Assembly (NCBI RefSeq): GCF_044704955.1
Contig: NC_091993.1
Span: forward strand, 112,406,001-112,470,000
Direction of reading: 5' to 3'
Length of the DNA: 64,000 nucleotides
Source of the DNA: Pristiophorus japonicus
Lineage: Eukaryota
Part shown: in pieces, positions 50,287 to 62,290 of the stretch
How the letters are laid out: every line of letters begins with the position of its first letter
Numbering within the stretch: position 1 is the first letter of the stretch
The notes under the pieces: model-generated
Databases searched by the model: none
What the model saw: the letters and a program-made list of their open reading frames with translations, nothing else
What the model was told of the DNA's origin: nothing
Position numbers and translations under genes: made by a program

Positions 50287-50716
50287 GTGACCAACAGCTT
50301 TGTCAAAGAGTTATTTTTTAAGGAGCGTCTTGAAGGCAGAGAGAGAGGTAGAGAGGCGGAGAGGTTTAGGCAGGGAATTCCAGAGCTTGGGGCCCAGGCA
50401 GCTGAAGGCACGGCCACCAATGGTTGAGCGATTATAATCAGGGATGCTCAAGAAGGCAGAATTAGAGGAGCGCAGACATCTGGGGGGTTGTGGGGCTGGA
50501 GGAGATTATGAGATAGGGAGGGGTGAGACCATGGAAGGATTTGAAAACAAGGATGAGAATTTTGAAATTGAGGTATTGCTTAACCAGGAGCCAATGTAGG
50601 TCAGCGAGCACAGGGGTGATGGGTGAGAGGGACGGTGTGAGTTAGGATACGGGCAGCCAAGTTTTGGATCACCTCTAGTTTACGCAGGGTAGAATGTGGG
50701 AGGCCGGCCAGGAGCA
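50287..50716 (-). mobile_element. L2-type LINE 3' fragment; its extreme 3' end lies at 47258-47324
   Basis: LLAGLPHSTLRKLEVIQNLAARILT and a GRAFSCLGPKLWNSLP-type end. The two pieces are collinear with the L2 tail at 20690-20880. Confidence 0.8.
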
Positions 50717-51009
50717 TGATCCATGCTCGCACACCGCCAGACCAGAGCGGCCCGAGGCCTGTCCTAAATTGGTCCTTCGGTGCGATCATCATCATTATAG
50801 CAGCAAGCTGCAGGAGCCAATCAGGCGCAGTGATGCAGCTCGCTGGTCGAGGCCTCCATTTTCACCAATTCAGGCGCCGGCTGAGGCAAACAGGTGATTC
50901 TAGGGGTGAGGCGATCAGGAGAGGGAATGGAGGGGGGTGGGGGGAGGGTTGGTGTGAGCATCGGCTGACAGCAGCCGCAGTCTTAATGTACTTATGAATG
51001 CTGTCAATG

Positions 51010-51331
51010 CGTTGTACTCAAACTATAGTGATCGTGGTCCTTTATTCGTAACTCCAGAGTGAGGCACAAGCATGGTGGGCAGCCTTTTATACTGGGCCCT
51101 GCACACCTATGCAGGTGACCCTCAGGTTTCCCACCGCAGTGCCCTCTGGTGGACAGCCTCTGCCACAGGGGCAGGAAACCCCGGTCTCCACCAGTTGCAC
51201 CCTCTAGTGGTACCAGCATAGTATATACACAGTGTAAACCTTATTGATAGTACATCAGGTAACAAATCTCCATCTTATGCAACTATATAGTAACTTCAGA
51301 GAGAGTATATCTATAGTCTGCATGTATAACA
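51010..51331 (-). mobile_element. Gypsy solo LTR
   Basis: Homologous to the LTR at 50117-50286, with TATAAAA and AATAAA on the minus strand. Confidence 0.8.
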
Positions 51332-53170
51332 CACTCCTCTTCCTCCTCTCATTGGCTCCGCATTAAGGCAGGTTCCGCTGTGGAGCCTGAAATAATAGTC
51401 GGAGCTGTGGTAAAGCAAACTTTGCCTACTTTTAACCAATTTCATGAATGGGTCCGGAATTCGACTCGTTTCAATCTTGAAATGAGGCCTGTGCTCATTT
51501 CAGGCATCTGCTGTGGCCACCTAAAAAAAAAAAGGCCCTGCCGAATTTAGCAGTGGCCTGGGTCCTCATGAGTCTTGAGCCTTTCCAATGCTAAATTGGG
51601 AGAATTTAGGACCCGCTGTTCGCAGAGACCACTAAAAAGTGCTGCATCCTGGAGAAAATCTTCAAAATAGGCAGGCAGCTGACCCAGACAGCAGTCATTT
51701 CCTGCATATTTTCCATTCCTCGGAAATCCCTCACCACCTCCCCCGCTGATGATTTCCTGACCTGTTTCTCTCAAAAATGTTCACCCCCCCACTTGCTCCT
51801 TCCTTCCCTTCCATTGTTACTGCTTCTCATCCAGAGGTGGGTACGCCCAATTTTATTGGAGCAAAATTCAGAACCTCAAAGAAAATGATTTTACTGTTGG
51901 TTTTTGCATCAGGTTCGCTCACACGACAAGTCCATCGTTGGCAGTAAATTAATGTTACTTTCTCTGTCCCTGTGGGTTTGTGTCTGCAGTTCTCCCTCTC
52001 TGTCCTTGTGTATCGGTGGTTCTCCCTCTCTCTGTCCGGGTGTCTGTGGTTCTTTCTCGGTCCTTTTGTGTGTGTGTGTTTTCTCTCTCTCTGTTCCTGT
52101 ATGTGTCCATGGTTTTCTCCATCCTAATCGGCTAGACTTTCCACTTGAGATCGCTAGGCTATCGCCCATTTATCGCCCAAAAAGGCAGGCTATTGTCCAT
52201 TTCGCTTGAAAAGTGGAAGGTTGGGCCGGAACATCGGCCAAACATTGCCTGACCAACTTTCTGTAGTTTTATTTCTGTGTGTGTGTGTGTAATTTGGTTC
52301 TCTCTCTCTCTGGCCATGTGTGTATATATAAGTTCACAGTTCTCTCTCTATTACTGTTTACATCTCCCTCCACCCGCTCACGTCCCTGTCCCTTATATAG
52401 CTGTGGTTCTCCCGCCACATGCCTGTGGTTTTCTCGGCTCTGCTGTGTCAGGGGTCAATTGCCTGCCTTAAATGGCCGTAATTACCTCCTCAAAATGGGG
52501 TTGGGGCCATCCAATGGTGGCCCGAAGTGCCCGCCTGTCTCAGGTGGTAGGCCTCATTTAATATGCAAATTAAAGACCTATCGATTTCAAAGCCAAAATC
52601 GATCACTTAGTGTTTTTGTCCCTTTAATTTCAATTGCTGGCAAAGCACACAGATTGGATGAAAGTTGTCAAGTTATTTGGGGGGGGGATATCATATTTTA
52701 CAGAGCTATATAAAATTGCACCACTATATCCCCGATGCATTATTGTAATCACTTGTACAAATCTGAATGGTTCTGGAATGTTTTCTTGTGAAGTCCCTAT
52801 CTGATCTCATTAAAGTTACAGCAATTATAATCTTTTTGGCATTCAACTGTTGCTTCTATGTGGCAATAATCTGTGCTTACATTAAAGAAAAAACACTAGA
52901 AAAACTCAAAACACTTTAAATAAACATAACAGAGAAAGCAGAACCTATCCTACAGAAAGGAGGAGGTGGTTGTTTAGTTAACCCTGGGTAAATCTTACAC
53001 ATAGTGGCAAATTCAAAGCATATGAACAAAGTAAAACGGACATCAGAAGACACCAATTTGCAGAGTGTTGTCCTAACCCTTCCTGTCTGCCTCCAATCCA
53101 CTCTCTTCTGGCTTCTTACCTACCCCTGACCCACTCTCCTCCGCGGGGCGAGAGCGAGAAAGGAGAGGGG

Positions 53171-56100
53171 GCGAGAGCGAGAGTAATGAGAGCGAGCGAG
53201 CGAGAGTAATGAGAGCGAGCGAGCGAGAGTAATGAGAGCGAGCGAGCGAGAGTAATGAGAGCGAGCGAGCGAGAGTAATGAGAGCGAGCGAGCGAGAGTA
53301 ATGAGAGCGAGCGAGCGAGAGTAATGAGAGCGAGCGAGCGAGAGTAATGAGAGCGAGCGAGCGAGAGTAATGAGAGCGAGCGAGAGTAATGAGAGCGAGC
53401 GAGAGTAATGAGAGCGAGCGAGAGTAATGCGAGCGAGCGAGAGTAATGAGAGCGAGCGAGCGAGAGTAATGAGAGCGAGCGAGCGAGAGTAATGAGAGCG
53501 AGCGAGCGAGAGTAATGAGAGCGAGCGAGAGTAATGAGAGCGAGCGAGCGAGTAATGAGAGAGAGCGAGAGTAATGAGAGAGAGCGAGCGAGAGTAATGA
53601 GAGAGAGCGAGCGAGAGTAATGAGAGAGAGCGAGCGAGAGTAATGAGAGAGAGCGAGCGAGAGTAATGAGAGAGAGCGAGCGAGAGTAATGAGAGAGAGC
53701 GAGCGAGAGTAATGAGAGAGAGCGAGCGAGAGTAATGAGAGAGAGCGAGCGAGAGTAATGAGAGAGAGCGAGCGAGAGAGCGAGCGAGAGTAATGAGAGA
53801 GAGCGAGCGAGAGTAATGAGAGAGAGCGAGCGAGAGAGCGAGCGAGAGTAATGAGAGAGCGCGAGTAATGAGAGCGAGCGCGAGTAATGAGAGAGCGCGA
53901 GCGAGAGTAATGAGAGAGAGCGAGCGAGAGTAATGAGAGAGAGCGAGCGAGAGTAATGAGAGAGAGCGAGCGAGAGTAATGAGAGAGAGCGAGCGAGAGT
54001 AATGAGAGAGAGCGAGCGAGAGTAATGAGAGAGAGCGAGCGAGAGTAATGAGAGAGAGCGAGCGAGAGTAATGAGAGAGAGCGAGCGAGAGTAATGAGAG
54101 AGAGCGAGCGAGAGTAATGAGAGAGAGCGAGCGAGAGTAGTGAGAGAGAGCGAGCGAGAGTAGTGAGAGAGAGCGAGCGAGAGTAGTGAGAGAGAGCGAG
54201 CGAGAGTAGTGAGAGAGAGCGAGCGAGAGTAGTGAGAGAGAGCGAGCGAGAGTAGAGAGAGAGAGCGAGCGAGAGTAGTGAGAGAGAGCGAGCGAGAGTA
54301 GTGAGAGAGAGCGAGCGAGAGTAATGAGAGAGAGCGAGCGAGAGTAATGAGAGAGAGCGAGCGAGAGTAATGAGAGAGCGAGCGAGAGTAATGAGAGCGA
54401 GCGAGCGTAATGAGAGCGAGCGAGCGAGAGTAATGAGAGCGAGCGAGCGAGAGTAATGAGAGCGAGCGAGCGAGAGTAATGCGAGCGAGCGAGAGTAATG
54501 AGAGCGAGCGAGAGTAATGAGAGAGCGAGCGAGAGTAATGAGAGAGCGAGCGAGAGTAATGAGAGAGAGCGAGCGAGAGTAATGAGAGAGAGCGAGCGAG
54601 AGTAATGAGAGCGAGCGAGCGAGAGTAATTAGAGCGAGCGAGCGAGAGTAATGAGAGAGCGAGCGAGAGTAATGAGAGAGCGAGCGAGAGTAATGAGAGA
54701 GCGAGCGAGAGTAATGAGAGAGAGCGAGCGAGAGTAATGAGAGAGAGCGAGCGAGTGTAATGAGAGAGAGCGAGCGAGAGTAATGAGAGAGAGCGAGCGA
54801 GAGTAATGAGAGAGCGAGCGAGAGTAATGAGAGAGAGCGAGCGAGAGTAATGAGAGAGAGCGAGCGAGAGTAATGAGAGAGAGCGAGCGAGAGTAATGAG
54901 AGAGAGCGAGCGAGAGTAATGAGAGAGAGCGAGCGAGAGTAATGAGAGAGAGCGAGCGAGAGTAATGAGAGAGAGCGAGCGAGAGTAATGAGAGAGAGCG
55001 AGCGAGAGTAATGAGAGAGAGCGAGCGAGAGTAATGAGAGCGAGCGAGAGTAATGAGAGCGAGCGAGAGTAATGAGAGCGAGCGAGCGAGAGTAATGAGA
55101 GAGAGCGAGCGAGAGTAATGAGAGAGAGCGAGCGAGAGTAATGAGAGAGAGCGAGCGAGAGTAATGAGAGCGAGCGAGAGTAATGAGAGAGAGCGAGCGA
55201 GAGTAATGAGAGAGCGCGAGCGAGAGTAATGAGAGAGAGCGAGAGTAATGAGAGAGAGCGAGCGAGAGTAATGAGAGAGAGCGAGCGAGAGTAATGAGAG
55301 AGCGCGAGCGAGAGTAATGAGAGAGAGCGAGCGAGAGTAATGAGAGCGAGCGAGCGAGAGTAATGAGAGCGAGCGAGCGAGAGTAGTGAGAGAGAGCGAG
55401 CGAGAGTAGTGAGAGAGAGCGAGCGAGAGTAGTGAGAGAGAGCGAGCGAGAGTAGTGAGAGAGAGCGAGCGAGAGTAGTGAGAGAGAGCGAGCGAGAGTA
55501 GTGAGAGAGAGCGAGCGAGAGTAGTGAGAGAGCGAGCGAGAGTAGTGAGAGAGCGAGCGAGAGTAGTGAGAGAGAGCGAGCGAGAGTAATGAGAGAGAGC
55601 GAGCGAGAGTAGTGAGAGAGAGCGAGCGAGAGTAATGAGCGAGCGCGAGCGAGAGTAATGAGCGAGCGCGAGCGAGAGTAATGAGCGAGAGCGAGCGAGA
55701 GTAATGAGAGAGCGCGAGCGAGAGTAATGAGAGAGCGCGAGCGAGAGTAATGAGAGAGCGCGAGCGAGAGTAATGAGAGAGCGCGAGCGAGAGTAATGAG
55801 AGAGCGCGAGCGAGAGTAATGAGAGAGCGCGAGCGAGAGTAATGAGAGAGCGCGAGCGAGAGTAATGAGAGAGCGCGAGCGAGAGTAATGAGAGAGCGCG
55901 AGCGAGAGTAATGAGAGAGCGCGAGCGAGAGTAATGAGAGAGCGCGAGCGAGAGTAATGAGAGAGCGCGAGCGAGAGTAATGAGAGAGCGCGAGCGAGAG
56001 TAATGAGAGAGCGCGAGCGAGAGTAATGAGAGAGCGCGAGCGAGAGTAATGAGAGAGCGCGAGCGAGAGTAATGAGAGAGCGCGAGCGAGAGTAATGAGA

Positions 56101-58437
56101 GAGCGCGAGCGAGAGTAATGAGAGAGCGCGAGCGAGAGTAATGAGAGAGAGCGAGCGAGAGTAATGAGAGAGCGCGAGCGAGAGTAATGAGAGAGCGCGA
56201 GCGAGAGTAATGAGCGAGCGCGAGCGAGAGTAATGAGAGAGAGCGAGCGAGAGTAATGAGAGAGAGCGAGCGAGAGTAATGAGAGAGAGCGAGCGAGAGT
56301 AATGAGAGAGCGAGCGAGAGTAATGAGAGAGAGCGAGCGAGAGTAATGAGAGAGAGCGAGCGAGAGTAATGAGAGCGAGCGAGTGTAATGAGAGAGAGCG
56401 AGCGAGAGTAATGAGAGAGCGCGAGCGAGAGTAATGAGAGAGAGCGAGAGTAATGAGAGAGAGCGAGCGAGAGTAATGAGCGAGCGCGAGCGAGAGTAAT
56501 GAGAGAGCGCGAGCGAGTGTAATGAGAGAGAGCGAGCGAGAGTAATGAGAGAGCGAGCGAGAGTAATGAGAGAGAGCGAGCGAGAGTAATGAGAGAGAGC
56601 GAGCGAGAGTAATGAGAGAGAGCGAGCGAGAGTAATGAGAGAGAGCGAGCGAGAGTAATGAGAGAGAGCGAGCGAGAGTAATGAGAGAGAGCGAGCGAGA
56701 GTAATGAGAGAGAGCGAGCGAGAGTAATGAGAGAGAGCGAGCGAGAGTAATGAGAGAGAGCGAGCGAGAGTAATGAGAGAGAGCGAGCGAGAGTAATGAG
56801 AGAGAGCGAGCGAGAGTAATGAGAGAGAGCGAGCGAGAGTAATGAGAGAGAGCGAGCGAGAGTAATGAGAGAGAGCGAGCGAGAGTAGTGAGAGAGAGCG
56901 AGCGAGAGTAGTGAGAGCGAGCGAGAGTAGTGAGAGAGAGCGAGCGAGAGTAGTGAGAGAGAGCGAGCGAGAGTAGTGAGAGAGAGCGAGCGAGAGTAGT
57001 GAGAGAGAGCGAGCGAGAGTAGTGAGAGAGAGCGAGCGAGAGTAGTGAGAGAGAGCGAGCGAGAGTAGTGAGAGAGAGCGAGCGAGAGTAGTGAGAGAGA
57101 GCGAGCGAGAGTAGTGAGAGAGAGCGAGCGAGAGTAGTGAGAGAGAGCGAGCGAGAGTAATGAGAGCGAGCGAGAGTAGTGAGAGAGAGCGAGCGAGAGT
57201 AGTGAGAGAGAGCGAGCGAGAGTAGTGAGAGAGAGCGAGCGAGAGTAGTGAGAGAGAGCGAGCGAGAGTAGTGAGAGAGAGCGAGCGAGAGTAATGAGAG
57301 AGAGCGAGCGAGAGTAATGAGAGAGAGCGAGCGAGAGTAGTGAGAGAGAGCGAGCGAGAGTAATGAGAGAGAGCGAGCGAGAGTAGTGAGAGAGAGCGAG
57401 CGAGAGTAGTGAGAGAGAGCGAGCGAGAGTAGTGAGAGAGAGCGAGCGAGAGTAATGAGAGAGAGCGAGCGAGAGTAATGAGAGAGAGCGAGCGAGAGTA
57501 ATGAGAGAGCGAGCGAGCGAGAGTAATGAGAGAGCGAGCGAGAGTAATGAGAGAGAGCGAGCGAGAGTAATGAGAGAGAGCGAGCGAGAGTAGTGAGAGA
57601 GAGCGAGCGAGAGTAGTGAGAGAGCGAGCGAGAGTAATGAGAGCGAGCGAGAGTAATGAGAGAGCGCGAGCGAGAGTAATGAGAGAGAGCGAGCGAGAGT
57701 AGTGAGAGAGCGCGAGCGAGAGTAATGAGAGAGAGAGCGAGCGAGAGTAATGAGAGAGAGCGAGCGAGAGTAATGAGAGAGAGCGAGCGAGAGTAGTGAG
57801 AGAGAGCGAGCGAGAGTAGTGAGAGAGAGCGAGCGAGAGTAGTGAGAGAGAGCGAGCGAGAGTAATGAGAGAGCGAGCGAGAGTAATGAGAGAGAGCGAG
57901 CGAGAGTAATGAGAGAGAGCGAGCGAGAGTAATGAGAGAGAGCGAGCGAGAGTAATGAGAGAGAGCGAGCGAGAGTAATGAGAGAGAGCGAGCGAGAGTA
58001 ATGAGAGAGAGCGAGCGAGAGTAATGAGAGAGAGCGAGCGAGAGTAATGAGAGAGAGCGAGCGAGAGTAATGAGAGAGAGCGAGCGAGAGTAATGAGAGA
58101 GAGCGAGCGAGAGTAATGAGAGAGAGCGAGCGAGAGTAATGAGAGAGAGCGAGCGAGAGTAATGAGAGAGAGCGAGCGAGAGTAATGAGAGAGAGCGAGC
58201 GAGAGTAATGAGAGAGAGCGAGCGAGAGTAATGAGAGAGAGCGAGCGAGAGTAATGAGAGAGAGCGAGCGAGAGTAATGAGAGAGAGCGAGCGAGAGTAA
58301 TGAGAGAGAGCGAGCGAGAGTAATGAGAGAGAGCGAGCGAGAGTAATGAGAGAGAGCGAGCGAGAGTAATGAGAGAGCGCGAGCGAGAGTAATGAGAGAG
58401 AGCGAGCGAGCGAGAGTAATGAGAGAGAGCGAGCGCG
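53171..58437. repeat. 5.3-kb satellite, 23-bp unit GAGAGAGAGCGAGCGAGAGTAAT with 19/21/25-bp and GTAGT/GCGC variants
   Basis: Directly visible. It explains the 1804-aa and 1310-aa spurious ORFs. Confidence 0.98.
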
Positions 58438-59290
58438 AAAACGAGAGAGCATCGTGTTTAGTTTGTGTGTTGACACAAAACTGACAACGTCTGCAAGCTT
58501 GAACAAAGCCCTGTACAACACAAAAATCACAATGTGGAGTAATGGCAGTCACCTGCAACAAACTGATGCTGATCAGCCAATCTGGTTTTGTAATGAGTCA
58601 ATATTTAAATACCTTGTTCACTTTCTGGTTGAGTGAGAATGGCTCAGGCATCTTAATCTGATCTTGCTGCATTGCACAACGCTTGCCTTGGCACTGGCAG
58701 ATGCTTTGGATTTTGTTATGAAAACGATTCATAAATCTGCTCCTCCAATAAACAATAACCTGATGCTGACAATCCCAATGATCGGCACCACCTGCAGAAA
58801 TCGAATTCTTCCCAGGTCAACGCTGAGCTTCACATTGTTTGCAAATCTTTTGAAAAATGTCCAACACAGAGCTCTCAGCTGCTCTGAACTGACGCGAGCC
58901 GTCATTTAAGGCGACTGAAAGCTTGGAAGGGGGGAATGATTTTTTGGTCCGCGTTCCTCCTCTTTTGCAGAAGTAAATGTAAACGTTTTTAAAAATTCAT
59001 TCACAGGATGTGGGCGTCGTTGGCAAGCCCAACATTTATTGCCCATCCCTAACCGCTTTTCAGAAGGTGGTGGTGAGCTGCCATTTCAGAGGGTGTGGGT
59101 CTGGAGTCACATATAGGCCAGACCGGGTAAGGACGGCAGATTTCCTTCTCTAAAGGGCATTAGTCAAGCAGATGGGTTTTTAACGGCAATCCGGTAGTTT
59201 CATGGTCACCGTTACTGATACCAGCTTTTTAATTCCAGATTTATTTAATCGGACTTAAATTCCCCAGCTGCCGTGGGGGTGTTAGAACTC

Positions 59291-59508
59291 ATAGAATCAT
59301 AGAAATTTACAGCACAGAAGGAGGCCATTTTGGCCCATCGTATCCGTGCCGGCCGACAAAGAGCTATCCAGCCTAATCCCACTTTCCAGCTCTTGGTCCG
59401 TAGCCCTGTGGGCTACGGCACTTCAAGTGCACATCCAAGTACTTTTTAAATGCGATGAGGGTTTCTGCCTCTACCACCCTTTCAGTGAGTTCCAGACCCC
59501 CACCACCC
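59291..59508 (-). mobile_element. CR1 3' fragment inserted into a SINE
   Basis: CATAGAAT tail and 3' UTR matching the 35389-35610 family. It interrupts the SINE at 58995-59575. Confidence 0.85.
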
Positions 59509-60958
59509 TTGTGTCTCCAGATAATTAGTCTCGACCTCTGGATTACTAGTCCAGCAACATAACCACGATGCTATCCTATCCCTCGTACATTCTGATCTTA
59601 ATTTCAGTTTTTAAAGAGATACTCGTTTCACTGCCGTGGGGTAGGATTTGTCCTCTGCTTCAGCTTGCTCATCCGTCAGGATTGTCCCGGTGTCCCCGGG
59701 AATTAAAGATTCATCCAAAGGCGGATGCTGGAAATCGGAAATATAAAACAGAAAGCGCTGGAATGCTGATCCGAGGACTTCCAGCAATTTAAGTTTATAT
59801 CAAAGATTCAGTTCCTGGAACAATCCAGGATAACAATTTTAAAGCAATTTTTAAAGAAATATGTTTTTTTTTTCCATTTTTTGTGAACATTTTTATTAGT
59901 AATAAAAATGCCGTTGCCAGCACGGACACGATGGGCCAAATGGCCTCCTCCCGTGTCATAATTCTTTAATGATTCTATGAAAAATATTGGAAATAGGGGG
60001 AGAAAAGGCTTTGACCGTGCGGGACAGTTGGAGGCGAGTGTCACGTGACGAAACCTCCAGGGGTGCGTCTGTCTCGAGGTGACAATCCTAGCCTTGCTCG
60101 GCCTTGAGTGTCGTTGAGATAGAGGATCAGCCATGATCAGATTGAATGGCGGTGCAGGCTCGAAGGGCCGAATGGCCTACTACTGCTCCTATTTTTCTAT
60201 GTTTCCCAGAAGTGGCTCCCGTGCCAATAGCTGGTGCCCGTGTCTTTAATGTCGTCTGACACAAGCTCCAGAGCTACACATTTGCCAATCAGTAGTGTGG
60301 TTTCTTGGGGTGTGGTGGGGCGGAGAGTTTGGTGTCTCGGCATCGAATCTCAGCCCGGGCCTCTCACACTCGACAACACCGGAGGAAGCCAGCAAGGAGA
60401 GAGACCGTTCTCAAAGGTCTCCACGGTAGGGTCTTTAAACAAAGAAACCGAAGGAAAGAATGTGAAATATCGGAAAAACATACATCAGCTAAACAACTGC
60501 TGGTCCGTTTAGCCTGCCTCAAAACCGACCTCTTTAGCCAAGCCTTTGGTCATCTGCCGTAATTTCTTCTTTATGTGGCTTGGTATCAAATGTATCTGTT
60601 TTGTCTCGTAAAATTTCTGTGAAGCGACTTGGGACGTTTTACGGGTGCTATATAAATAAAAGTTGTTGTTGTTGCCTTATACAACTATGATGCCTTGTAT
60701 ATCATGTCAAGCGACTTCTCACCACACCCCCCACCAAAGTTCCCTCGAATTTTGTTTGGCGCTGCACGGAGCATTCAAAATAGAGTGCATGTGTGGTTTC
60801 TGTATTGAAAAGCCGCCAAAAGCTGGCTGCGTGGGTTCCCTGGAGTAGCACCAGGCGCCCTGCAGTCTCCCAGAAGAAACCCAAGACCAATTAGGGGCAA
60901 AAAAAAAAAACCTGGAAAATTCCTCTCCGAACCCTCTCGCCGATCAAAACTTAGTCCG

Positions 60959-61176
60959 GGTTGGCACACTCGCAATAAAGTATGAAACTGAGTACTGTGT
61001 ACAATGAGCAAGTGTGACCTTAGCTCCTTTAATAAGACTCCAGAGTGCAGGTACCACGTGGGTGGCCTGCTTATATACCGTGCTCCCAAGGGATGCTGGG
61101 ATCCCTTGGGACTCCAACAGGTGGGCCCTCTGGTGGTCAAGTGTCATGCAGGTTACAAAGGGTTAAATACATAACA
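60959..61176 (-). mobile_element. Gypsy solo LTR inserted into a CR1-like 3' UTR
   Basis: TGTTATGTAT start, TATATAA box and GACCACCAGAGGGC on the minus strand. Similar to the other LTRs. Confidence 0.75.
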
Positions 61177-61719
61177 TGGGAGATCACGCCAACCATGACT
61201 TAATTCATTTTAAAAAATCTACTTCTTGCATGGTGGGAGCTCCGCCCCAGCCAGGAACCGGTCCAACGCTCTCTCTCGGAGATACAGAGTGAGTCAGCGC
61301 TCACTACATGCACTGGCAACTTGTTCCGTGGAATATCAACAAGGCCGGGGCAACACCAGAACAAAAAGTATGCTCGCACGCATTCCGAAACGAGATTCAT
61401 CAGAGCTGTATCCATTCTGTTCCCTGCAGGCTTTGGGCAGGGATCCAGGGCGACTAAACTCTGTGGAGGCAGCATTGAAGAGACATTGACCTCAATCTCA
61501 ACTGAGCTAATGAGCAAAAAGGAAAGTCAGCCAAGGTGCTTGTGCACGGCTGTCAGGTGGGGATGGGGTGGGACTTCCATTCAATACATTTCATCGTCAG
61601 ATATCAGGTCAATGGGGTGGGGGTTCCACTTGGTTTTTTGGACACTATGGGGATAGGGCACGAAAGTGGAGTTGAGGTCGAAGATCAGCCATGCTCCGTT
61701 GATGTCCAGCTGAATTCTA

Positions 61720-62290
61720 CAAATGGAATTATCACCGGTACACTTTGATCGACACCGACACCTTGGGCCCCTGTGCTTGCAAACATCGCACCACCGCACT
61801 TACACCGCGAATACAGAGTCTGCAGAGAGTACAACCGCTACACCAGCAAAGACATGCCGATCCAGGCTGACTTGAGCAACCTACCACCAACCCGTCTCAA
61901 ATCCGGTAGGCCATTTTGCACAGTGATCTCCCCTCAGCCTTGATGACCGATGGCGAAATGTTTGGAAGAACTGTTGACATACGGAATGGATTCGTTGTGG
62001 AGGACCCCACAGTGCAACCTGAAGGATCAAACCTTCCTCGCAAACAGTGGACAACCATCGACCATCTCAGAACTGGTCACGATAGATGCTGCCACCTTCT
62101 CCATAGGTGGAAGATTAAAGCTTCCCATCATGTGACTGTGGTGCTCCTAATCAGACCCTGGAACACATCACTGAGCACTGCCCTCAGAGGAAATTCACAG
62201 GCAGCCTACAAGGAATCCACGCTGTTACATCAGAAGCTTTGGCCTGGATATCTGACTTCGATATTGACATTTGATTTGCTACTAGCATAG
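61720..62290 (+). mobile_element. Vingi/Ingi-like LINE C-terminal fragment
   Basis: LPRKQWTTIDHLRTGHDRC...W, then a frameshifted CDCG...QTLEHI.EHCP CCHC motif typical of I-group/Vingi ORF ends. Confidence 0.65.

Noticed and set aside
52916-53101. Candidate upstream PM20D1 exon (VRTT in ORF 52916..53101)
   Set aside because: It does not match the expected RTTTALT...GVK exon and lacks suitable splice sites. No further PM20D1 exon was found between 42576 and 64000.
53116-58561. 1804-aa and 1310-aa minus-strand ORFs (SLSLITLAR repeats)
   Set aside because: They are translations of the 23-bp satellite, whose pyrimidine strand cannot form stop codons. There is no domain or splice context.
60040-60049. 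Perfect GTCACGTGAC (CLEAR/USF E-box)
   Set aside because: A single 10-mer between repeat fragments with no promoter evidence, so it is not supportable as a regulatory site.
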